Part shown: piece after piece, positions 36,751 through 46,723 of the stretch
How the letters are laid out: each line of letters opens with the position of its first letter
How positions within the stretch are numbered: the first letter of the stretch is position 1
Translations under genes and position numbers: made by a program
Notes under the pieces: model-generated
The model's database searches: none
The model's input: only the letters and a program-made list of their open reading frames with translations
What the model was told of the DNA's origin: nothing
Assembly: GCA_004764695.1 (NCBI GenBank)
Contig: SMSO01000032.1
Span: 3,380,483-3,444,482 of the forward strand
DNA: 64,000 bases
Reading direction: 5' to 3'
DNA from: Schizochytrium sp. TIO01
Taxonomy: Eukaryota; Protista; Bigyra: Labyrinthulomycetes

Positions 36751-38584
36751 TTGAAAGAACAGGCAAATGCGCTGCGCGGGATTATTGAACATGACTTTTC
36801 TTATCCTTATACAGTTGATTTCTTGCCAGCATACGCCGCAATCTGCGAGTATGAGGATGAGCTGGGGAAGCCTAGCCTTACAACTCTGAAAGAAGTCAAT
36901 CAAAGTCTCAGCGTGCAAGAATGGAGAAACGTAGGTAAAAGAGGCCAGCAACAGCAAAACTCTATGCCTGTGCGTGCAAGGACGCAATTAAGTCGGAAGA
37001 TATACCACCTAAGATCTCAAGCTGAAATGACTTTCTAAAAGACGTGGCGACCAGCGTATATTGGTAGGATTGAAGCACTGCTCGATCTCACAACCCTGCC
37101 ATCATTTTTTGACTCATTTGCAGAAGAAGAATATCAGCAACGTGAGGTCTTTCCTGCAGAAGCAAGTTCATGCGAACTGATGATAGAATTTGTACAACAT
37201 GTGATGAACCACACTGCACAATTCGAAGAGTTCAGGGTGTCTTTCATCCAAGAAAACTCGCATCCAAGATTCAGGACCGACTAGACAACTGTGAGGTTTG
37301 TAAAAGCGGGAAAAGGTAATACTCTGCGCGAATAATGTGGGATCTCTGCATTTGAAGGTGTTTGGTGGACTGCACATGAGTATTACTCGCGAACATAAAG
37401 CTCCTATGTACTCCTTACCCCGTCCACCTGAAGATTGAAGCAAACGAATCATGCGAAGATAGTCCTCAGGGAACTCTGCGTGATAAACCCCTACTGCTCG
37501 TGTATGACAATTCTGAAGAACATTGGATCCATATTCAGGATCAAGAGAAGTATACGCTAAAGGACTTCGCTTCCCGACCATCCAGGTCTGTGCTATATGA
37601 TCCGTGTTCTTATCTGTTATAATGTTTTAAGCACAAGCGGCCGAACATGCTTTATGTAGTTGACCTCCACAAATTAACTGAAGATCTCGAAATGTTACTA
37701 CGGGATAGCAAAACGCTTGAAACCAGTGAAGTTGATTTGTGCAGCTTTCGTTGAAAAGAATACGGTTTCAATTCAAGATGCAAAGAAATTCCTATTACCA
37801 CTCCTGATGGTCCCACATCGATGCTCCGAGATATTGAAGAGTGAATGAAAGTCACTGTATGATCGTATTGTTCAGAATTAAAATCGTTGGAGGGTGATAT
37901 GACATCTTCTGTAACTTGCGGCTTGACGCACCACATTACTAAGATGGGAAAACAAGCTATGGTTGAGGCTAACAAAGGGTCAGGTGGTTCCGGCGGTACA
38001 ATTATTGACCAATGGTAAGCATTTAGAAACCCTTTGCTGTTAAAGCTGAACCGAATTCCAGATCACGGTGGCTTTTTAGACGTCGTGCAAAGCTACCATG
38101 CAGATCAAGACGCATTTGCACAGCGCACAAGACCCGTGGCGTTGATTACTTTGCAAAAATCATATTCCGAAGAGTAGTTCGCGAGAATCTTAGCGACGCA
38201 ACCGCGATCTTCAAGAACGAAATGAATGTATGCGAAGCACTTCGGCTAATTAGGAGAGTCCACGAGTCTTTCACCTGTATGGAGGCAATCATGACCTTGA
38301 TGACCTGATTGTAGTTGTGCCATACCATGGCGGGTGCCTGAGAACTATTTTCACCATCAATATCACCTCTTCTGTCAAAAAGGAGGCTCAAAATGCGTAC
38401 ATAACGTGAAGTTGCACACCATGACAATGCACTACACAATTTCCTAATTGACTCAGACAAGGCTGTCCGGGTGATGGTCTTTGATACGGCAAGGGTAAAT
38501 GAGTCTAGCAAGCAGATAGCCGCGGCCATCCACCATTCTAAAATAACTGTTCGTTTGTACAACATTAGAAACACTAATTTGTAA
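36751..38584 (+). pseudogene. Decayed gene ending in a protein-kinase-like domain
   Basis: + strand frames broken by stops and frameshifts. Kinase landmarks in order: YFAKI (38147-38161), FKNEMNV (~38210-38230), LYGG..LIVVVPYHGGCL, VAHHDNALHNFLID (38411-38452), VRVMVFDTA (DFx with D->V). Confidence 0.6.
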
Positions 38585-39881
38585 CTTCTTTATTATTTAT
38601 TGATTAAATTAATAGCCTTTTTATATAAGCTTTCAAAGTTGCAATAGTTCGATTTTTCTCTGCTAAAGTCTCAGCTCCTTCTAGACTCTCGTAACGGCGA
38701 GATCGTCAGATCATGGCCGCTTAAGCTGGGTTAACCCTTTCGTTGCTTCTCTTTTCTTGGTGAAACTTCATGTATTAAAAGGATGGCGTAAACAATTGTA
38801 ATTAAACATCATGCGGCAAGTCATGAACCTTTGCAAATTTGCTGCAGTCTTTGCGAACTCTAAACCGTATGACCTAGAAGTGCTCAACTTGCACCAGAAT
38901 TGGGCACACAAATTGAAAACTAGACAGGAGAAATTACTCACGCAACAATGCATGGTTAGAACTTTTTTATAATTGGTATATAATTAGATGTTGATCTAGA
39001 GACTGGAGACACAACTCAGAGAGAAATCCGTGCTCTTCGCGGATGGCGGATGTTAAATTCCCGAAATGACGCTCGGAAACTGGATCACCTCATGCTCACT
39101 CAATGATTTTTTAATAGTTTATACATAATCTAAACAAACACCCATTGAAGAAGAAATGCTAACGTCTAGAATAATATTAAACAATTCAGATCTACAGTAA
39201 ACCTACAGCGGCATCTCTCATGGGCAATGAGAAGATACTGCTGACTTTTCAGAACTGGAAACCCCATCTAATAAATATAAATCTCTGAAGGACACTTTGA
39301 CTCTGATGGCGCTGAAAATCGCTAATTGGATTTGAAAAGGAGAGGTCAATAAGAGATTTTTGTTTGTTTTGACAGGTTGAGGGAGGCGTTGATTACGACT
39401 AAGTAGGTAACCTACAAGTTCTGGCCCTGGAAGCCACGGCGGAACCAATTTGGAACCAAATCAGAACTTATGGTACTATAGTTTGGTACTAGAGGACCTA
39501 CGAGATTCCGTGTACGTGGTGTTCAACGGAGGACATCGCGAGCATGATACGTATCGCGCTTACCGAGGTTTTGCGAGGCCTTTGCGGTGACCCAGTTTGC
39601 AAAACCTCAGGGGAATCAAACGTTTTAGTTTGTCTGCGCATTTGTCAAAGTTTTCTAAAGACCTTTGCAACTGGAGAACGAAAAGAAAAGTGGTTGGTGA
39701 AAGCTTGAAAAGATCCTTTCCAGCAAGTTCAACAACGTGGCAAGCTATAACTTTACAACAACTTTAAAGAGCGCACTAAAAGCATCCCATTCGAATCGTT
39801 TTGCTCAGAACAATAGTGGTTGAGATTACCACCAGTAACAAGGAGTGTGAACCTCTATTCTGCCAAACCATTTTGGGCGAA

Positions 39882-42086
39882 ATGGACCACCGAGCTGCCG
39901 CTGAGCAGGTACTCTCGTTCTGGTTTGGCAATAGTACAGCTCGTGACCTTACACAACGACGAAGAGAATTATGGTTCGTGGCCGATGCGTCAAAACGAAA
40001 GCAGGTAGATGCTGATGTAGAGAAAGCACTTGGGCCTCTTCTGCAGCAGGCTCGGGAACCCTCAAGCGAACTCGTAAAGGCATGGAGTAGCTCTAACGCA
40101 TCAGCGCGTGAAATGCTATCTCTAGTCATCGTTCTTGACCAAGTCTCGCGCCATTTATACCGCGGACAAGATGACGAAATCAATGCATGCACAAGAGAAG
40201 CTGTTAAATACGTGCGTGTAGCTTTGGAAAGGAATCTTGACAAGCATTTGCGATCAGCAGAATTTTGTTTCTTGATTCTGCCTCTTCGTCATTTTCTGCA
40301 GAGATTACCAGAAGACCCTGCTTGCCCTGAACTTCGTAGCTTACTCAAGCTGTCTGGTGACGAGCGCCAGGATGACGAAGCTGCCCACTCGCGTGCTCTA
40401 GAAGCGTTTGATACAGCAACGGCTGCTTCTGATGTCCTAGGCACCTCGAGCAACCGCAACCACATCACCGTACCTACACACAGCGATGCAGATGTTTTGG
40501 AGGAGGAATGCATGGTGCCACAAGTTGAAGCCCCAATGTTGGAGGAGGAACTAGCCAACATTGCTAAGGACCGTGTTTTCTCTGTATTGTCCAACTACCT
40601 TGACGAGAGGGTGAGCAAGGGTGATGATCTTTTTGTTTCCCTCTCTGGAGGCGTTGATAGTATGGTCATCGCAAAATGTCTTGCTGCTTATGCTCGGCTT
40701 CCACGTGGATTTGCGCTTCAGGCCCGTAAAAAACGGCGCGTGGAGGATGGTAGCCCTGTGCTGGAGACACCGAGACATCGAGTTGTAGCTGTACACATTG
40801 ATTATGGCAACAGGCCCGAAAGTGGTCAAGAAGCAGATGTAGTGCGCCGTTGGTGCTTAGCCCACGGAATTCATCTCAACATTAAGACCATTACTGAGAT
40901 CAAACGTGGGGTGACGCCGCGTGATGAGTATGAGAAGCGTTCAAGAGCGCTTCGCTACGACGCTTACCGGGACGCTATGGGTACAAGCCCAAGTGGCATT
41001 ATGTTTGGACATCATCAGGGCGATGTTCAAGAAAATGTTGTTAGTAACACAATGAAGGGTGCAAATGTACTAGAGATTTCAGGAATGACTCCAGAAAGCA
41101 TAGTTGAAGGCGTGCGAGTATGGCGACCCCTCTTATCGCTTCACAAGGACAGCATTTATGCTTTTGCACGGAAACACCAGGTTCCCTGGTTTAAAGACAC
41201 GACTCCGCGCTGGTCTACACGCGGGAAACTGAGAAACCGTCTTTGGCCTGCTCTTGGGCTTGTATATGGCTCTGGTTTTGGCGCTTCTCTGAGCTCCCTT
41301 GCGCAACAATCTGATGAGTTGCATGATATGCTGCGCAACGAAATGTTTGATCCGTTCTGGAATGCAATTACCTTTGGCAAACTCGGAGCATGGATTCCTC
41401 TTACCACCCCAGGTCTTCTAGATCGTCCATTCTTCTTTTGGCGACACGCCATGCGCCACGTATGTCACCGGCTGCAAGCAGGGGCGATCCGGGAGCAACC
41501 CATCGCCCAGCTTGCCCAACTACTTCAGGAACGGCAGTTTACGGGTAAAAACTCTGACCATTGCCGTTGGATTGAGCTTCGGTTTCAAAATCCGAGTCTT
41601 CTATTTGACAATGGAAAAGCGCTTTGTATCTTCAAAGAGCTTCCTAACGCCCCCTCTCGTCGCGGTGCATCTCAACAGGAGGGCTTTTGGCAACTTCTTT
41701 CTTTGGACGAAAAGATTTGCTTTAAACCCGATGGACCTCCTCTTACATTTGGGCCTTACCGAATTTGTGTCGTAAGCAATTCTCAAGATGAGGCATATCC
41801 CACCCTAGACTTTGATTTGCAGCACTGGGTAGAACATGGCAAATTGGAGTATGCTTTGCCAAAGTCTGATACGTATGTGCCCTGTCCCCAATACGGGCGT
41901 AAGATTGACTTCTTTCGTGGCGCTGATCGTAAGCTCCGCTCTATGATCCCTGTGCTTATTAATGCAGACGCTCTTGTTGCTCAGCCTAGTGCAGTTGGTC
42001 AAGCCGTCAACGCCCCCTTGGCATCTGCATCGACAGCGGGCGAGACTGTTCGTGTATCTATCGAGCTAGCCAGTGAGGAATCATAA
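39882..42086 (+). CDS. tilS: DUF924-like N-terminal domain fused to a TilS-like (tRNA(Ile)-lysidine synthetase) PP-loop ATPase
   Basis: N-terminal VLSFWFG...LWF...VD, LSLVIVLDQVSRHLYRG, FLILPLRH (DUF924 pattern). TilS motifs SLSGGVDS, HIDYGNR, RALRY, GHHQGD..EN, VWRPLL, RGKLRN. First ATG at 39882. Confidence 0.85.
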   Translation: MDHRAAAEQVLSFWFGNSTARDLTQRRRELWFVADASKRKQVDADVEKALGPLLQQAREPSSELVKAWSSSNASAREMLSLVIVLDQVSRHLYRGQDDEINACTREAVKYVRVALERNLDKHLRSAEFCFLILPLRHFLQRLPEDPACPELRSLLKLSGDERQDDEAAHSRALEAFDTATAASDVLGTSSNRNHITVPTHSDADVLEEECMVPQVEAPMLEEELANIAKDRVFSVLSNYLDERVSKGDDLFVSLSGGVDSMVIAKCLAAYARLPRGFALQARKKRRVEDGSPVLETPRHRVVAVHIDYGNRPESGQEADVVRRWCLAHGIHLNIKTITEIKRGVTPRDEYEKRSRALRYDAYRDAMGTSPSGIMFGHHQGDVQENVVSNTMKGANVLEISGMTPESIVEGVRVWRPLLSLHKDSIYAFARKHQVPWFKDTTPRWSTRGKLRNRLWPALGLVYGSGFGASLSSLAQQSDELHDMLRNEMFDPFWNAITFGKLGAWIPLTTPGLLDRPFFFWRHAMRHVCHRLQAGAIREQPIAQLAQLLQERQFTGKNSDHCRWIELRFQNPSLLFDNGKALCIFKELPNAPSRRGASQQEGFWQLLSLDEKICFKPDGPPLTFGPYRICVVSNSQDEAYPTLDFDLQHWVEHGKLEYALPKSDTYVPCPQYGRKIDFFRGADRKLRSMIPVLINADALVAQPSAVGQAVNAPLASASTAGETVRVSIELASEES

Positions 42087-42765
42087 ATCGAATCATGACT
42101 TTCAAAACTTCGATCTAATTACATAGCGTTTGCAGAGCATCTTGTCCAAAGAGGATTTGCATCTGCTGTAAGCTAGAGTCGAATGAAGAATGCAGAAGCA
42201 AAGTGCTGTGGATCAATCTGTTTTGGACAAAATACCCCGCTCGCATTCGCAGTCTATAAATAACAACACAAAATCACAATTATCTATACCTGGAAGAAAT
42301 GATGCTTGTTTTGTTCAAGGAAAATATATGAAATATCGAGTTATATCATTCGTAAATCTTTTTCTTCTGTTTTGTTTATTTGTTATTAAAGAAAAGGTTA
42401 TATCTGCAAAGTTTAGGAGCGTTGATCAACGTTTACATCATTGTTGCCGAAACTAGGTGTGTGCCTTAAGGCAGGGTTGGCTGTGCGGGTGGTCATGAAT
42501 GCTAGAAAGTATGCTTTTCCATCTCTATTTCTTTATCATTTTTCTCTTCAAAACAAGACCCTCAACAATCCTAATTTTGGTGGGAAAAGTGATATCTGCT
42601 GCATTTTTTTTCTCCATGTGAGAAATTCTCCTGAATGTTGACTGTCCTTTTCCATTCTAAGAGGTAGGCAAGAACATGAAGATAGAAAATAGAACAGCAT
42701 CCATGAAAGAATATATATGTGAGAAGAAAAGCAAATGATAATGCAACCAATGTTTAGCGATAAAA

Positions 42766-43551
42766 TCACTGAGCCTCCTGCTCCTGCTGCTGTTCGTAAG
42801 GTGAAGTGGTCTTTACGTAACCTTCAGCAGGGCAAACAAGCATAACAGAGGTGCCACGACAGACAACAAGGCCAAGGGCACGCATTTCGTTGGTTGTCAA
42901 GCTGGGGTCTTCAGGATCGCGCATAAACTCTACCGTATCTTCCAGCACAATGTTGACGAGCTGGTCATATCCCTTTAGTGTACCAACGACTGTAAATTCA
43001 GCCCATCACAGAGAAAACATGTTATTTAGTAAATGCAAGCAAAAACCAAATGTATCATGTTAGTCTTGACAATATCAACAAGGATGAGGATCCATTTGTT
43101 GGATCTTTCGGTGTCCAGGGTCGGGCTTGCGCAATTTTATAAGTCGGCTTGTTCTTTGGAACTTGGAAAAAACGACCCTGAAACGATTGTCAAAGCAAGT
43201 TAGCTTACCTTCACGTCCTCCCTGGAATCGCACATGAACCTTTTTGTTGACGTGATCTTTAAGATCCAAAATCGACTGATGTTTTTGCTATTTCTCACCC
43301 AACATCCACACAACACCAGCACGGTAATAATTCACACCAAAATCAAATTTAAAGCGTGCATTTCCACTTCTTCATTAGTTCTCAATCTTCTCCTTCGCTC
43401 TTCTGCCCAGCAACCAGAAACCGGCTGTGGTCGTTGTACTTGGTCAACGATGATTACAGACTTGGTATTTTTGGCGTTCCTCCACTTCAAGTACTGAAGA
43501 AAAAAAAAGTGGTACCGCGCCAGTTCATATAGGTCCAGTGAAACTTACCAT
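42766..43551 (-). CDS. LSM7: U6 snRNA-associated Sm-like protein LSm7; 3 exons
   Basis: Exons 43549-43551 (ATG only, caagATG|gtaagt), 43209-43287, 42766-42989. Product MQKHQSILDLKDHVNKKVHVRFQGGREVVGTLKGYDQLVNIVL...LGLVVCRGTSV. Confidence 0.9.
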
Positions 43552-44201
43552 CTTGACAATCCCTGAGATGTTCTCTTGTCGATCTCCACGTCACTCCAGG
43601 TCACAGCAATGGGCAAGCTCACTTGCCTTCTTCTACTTTATATCCCCAGCTTCTTCTTCGCTCTTCTTTCCCTCCTTAGTACTATCCCTTACCTCATTGC
43701 TACTAAAGTGCCCAAGTATTCTTCATTCTCACTTATGGCAACTGAAGAAAGGTAGCTATACAATAGCTTATAAAATTATACTATAGAACAAATAACTTTA
43801 CAATGTATACAATATTAAACTCTCTGTTGTAGACAAAGGTCAAGTCATCTGGGAACACCTGGAACTTCAGCCTATTTATTCAAGAGCTAGATAACACTAT
43901 GACATCGAAAAGTATAGTAAAACTCGTATGTATACTAGTGCAACAAAATACCCTATTAAGTGGTTCAAAATAAGCTCGGCCGTCTCGCTTCGTGGAGCAA
44001 AATTTCTCCGACGCTGCTGTGCGCCGTACTTTTATAACCCTAGCCATGAAAAGCAGGGCTTAGTATTTGTGGTAGAGGTCTATTAGGCCCAGACAGCCAC
44101 CGAAGCGCGCCTATGAAAAGCAGGGGCGCCCGAAGAGACCGAGAGGAGGCGCGGCAGAGCATAGACCCAGAGCGAGCAAGGTCATCTGCAAGCGAGGCAC
44201 G

Positions 44202-45106
44202 ATGGCACGCGGTACGTGGAGAAGGTCTCGTCGGCTGCAAGCGCAGCAGCGGTGGATTCTGGCAGCATTGAACTGCTCACGGCTATTTCTCTGGCCGTCG
44301 GTGCTGGATGCAGGACGGCATGGCGGCCATGCATGGCCACCTTGCAAGAACCACTGGCTGGCCTGTTGAAGCACGACGAAAGCGCCTTGTGGCATGGATA
44401 AGCACAGATTGGTGATGGAATTGAAGGAATGGAATGACTGACGATCTTGCGTTTGACGATGATATGATGATTGCAATAAATGTTGCGACGATCTCTGTGG
44501 TGACTGGACACTTTTCCTTGGATGACTGGTTATGTTTCTCATGTGGGTGGACAATGATGATAACACATGCCTGACATGTTTTTTTCTGTTTGATTTGCAA
44601 TCAACAACACTGCTTTGATGTTGAATCGTATTTCGTGGGTAATCAACTGGTGGATTGCATTTATTTTGATATCTACAGACCAGAAGCAGAAGGCCCAAAA
44701 GGCCGCCAACGCTCAGCGTGGCTCCAACAGCTCCAAGAGCGTCAAGCTCCGGACTAAGGCCCACTTCTACCGCCCGTTCACCAAGCGTGACCACAAGGCC
44801 CCCACCTTCACTCGCAAGAGCAATGCCGGCAAGCAGATCTCGAAGATGGACAAGTACCGTGTTATTCGCTCCCCTCTGTCCACCGAGTCCGCCATGAAGA
44901 AGATTGAGGACCACAACACCCTCGTCTTCATCGTCGACGTCCTCGCCAACAAGCGTCAGATCAAGGCCGCCGTCAAGGAGCTCTACGAGATCCAGGCCGA
45001 GAAGGTCAACACCCTTGTTCGCCCTGATGGCAAGAAGAAGGCTTACGTCAAGCTTACCCAGGACCACGACGCCCTTGAGATTGCCAACCGCATTGGCATT
45101 ATCTAA
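44202..45106 (+). CDS. RPL23A: 60S ribosomal protein uL23 (L23a/L25); 2 exons
   Basis: Exon 1 44202-44211 (ATG GCA CGC G|gtacgt), intron to ctacag at 44678, exon 2 44679-45106. [38 protein letters not shown]; extreme codon bias. Confidence 0.95.
44460..44578 (+). ncRNA. Candidate intronic box C/D snoRNA with a U14-like guide
   Basis: C box ATGATGA 44464-70; TTCCTTGGATG 44514-24 complementary to the conserved 18S segment CAUCCAAGGAA; D'-like CTGG 44526-29; C' ATGATGA 44554-60; D box CTGA 44571-74. Confidence 0.4.
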
Positions 45107-46030
45107 ACGAAACGGATCTTATTGTGACGCTTGGTTGGTCTACCATGTTTTACTTGGTTGAGCTCTCCAGAGTTTTCTTTGTCCTCCTTTAGGGAGCTCT
45201 TTGATGCTGGAGTGGGAAACACAATACACAACCTTGGACTATCCTTTCCAGGCTCTCACTATGACTTGGGTGCTTATTAGGTCCTCCCTTCCCCCCTCCA
45301 TACTTTTGCCTTTAAAACTACTATTAAAGTCAGACCTTGACCACGAATCGCCATCAACATTTGTTTTACTTCCCCGATGTATTCACTTCCCTTGTCATTA
45401 TTTCTCCGATGACTTCTTTCTATTGTCACCAGGAGGAAGTATGAGTAGCTTGCTGTTTGTGTTATCTCTGACTTGGGTGCACTTACCCTACGTTGTAACT
45501 TGTTGGAAATACATACGTATGTATTGTACATATCATATCTAAATATGAGAAGGAAGACTGTAGTTAGGTTGAAGGTTACCCTCCAGTTTTGACAAAGCAT
45601 ATAATTATAGTCTCTAGCTAAAAGGGGTTAATGGGTTAATGTTGAACACGTGATAATATAATCTCAAGGTGAACCTTCTAGCTATCCTGATGCAAAACAG
45701 AGGGAGTCAGCGATGAGAAAGGAGAGAGAGTTTTCACCTGTCTCTATTAGCCCATGTATTTAGATTCTGTTTTGACAAGGCAACGAATAAGCTAGGTTGA
45801 GATAGTGAAAAGAAGAAAGAAGCATTGCGATGGGCAAATAAATCGGAATAGACAAGAATACCTACACACCAATACAAAAAACAAAAAACAAAAACAAAGA
45901 ATTGTATGGGGTGTAGTCAAAAGAAAGTTGGGATGGAAAACAAGGCAAAGAAAGATACCGAGTGAGTAGATAAGAAAGTCAACGTATGTGTAGCAGAATT
46001 TAAAGAGTTACTTGACTGACATGTGCATAC

Positions 46031-46723
46031 TTATGCGGCAGGGTCGATACCGCGCTGGGCCCAGCGCTTGGCAGGCTTCACATCAGGGCTACGGTCGTAC
46101 TCAACCTGTTGTGTTTGTTAGGAGAATTATGATCGGTTTCGGCATCAGTAAATATTCATTCGAATAAAAACAAAGATCCGCACGGAATGAAGATCAAGAA
46201 GAAGAAAAGGAGATTGTTAGTTGATGTGCTAAATTTAAAGTGACAACCGAGTCTATGCAGATACTCCGAGGCAAAATTGGAAGATTTGCGTATGAAGCAC
46301 CTCAGGGAGGCCAGGCATTAATTCAAGAAAAGGTAAAACTTACAACGTGGTGGTCAGCCCAGACGGCGACAGTGACGCCAATGACGGCCATAGCACCAAC
46401 AGCGAACATGGTGTTACGACGCCAGTTGACGTTGTCTTGCCACCAGCTATCCAGGAGAATCCATGAAAATGTATGAACAGCAGTAATACCGCACCAAGGA
46501 ACCACATCAATATAAAACAAAGAACTGTCAGTCCTCTCTTGCTCTCTATCTATAGTTGAGGCCATATGCAAAAAAAAATAGAAAAAATAAAAAAAGCAGA
46601 ATGAGGAGCTAGCGCATTCACCTTCTGCACATGGGACCCAAAATCATCGTTGAAAAGATCGACTTACCCTCCAGAAGGACTCCAGACATATTTGGGGTAG
46701 TTGTACCTTGGACCGCCACCCAT
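46031..46723 (-). CDS. Small mitochondrial complex I accessory subunit, NUUM (NDUFB6)-like; 77 aa, 3 coding exons
   Basis: Exons 46668-46723, 46344-46446, 46031-46105 (GT-AG, frame consistent). Product MGGGPRYNYPKYVWSPSGGWWQDNVNWRRNT-TM helix-...DPAA. Probable 5'UTR intron 46738-46979. Family call is from recalled similarity to fungal MGGG.YP.PK.V.S..GGW...NW proteins. Confidence 0.8.

Noticed and set aside
37168-37581. 137-aa - strand ORF
   Set aside because: Better explained as the shadow of the + strand pseudogene; no motif of its own
37650-38020. In-frame TGA codons as Sec or Trp recoding
   Set aside because: TAA/TAG stops and frameshifts also interrupt the region, no SECIS is evident, and intact genes in the window end in TGA (paralog C, LSm7)
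44111-45067. 318-aa - strand ORF
   Set aside because: Antisense shadow of RPL23A extending through its intron
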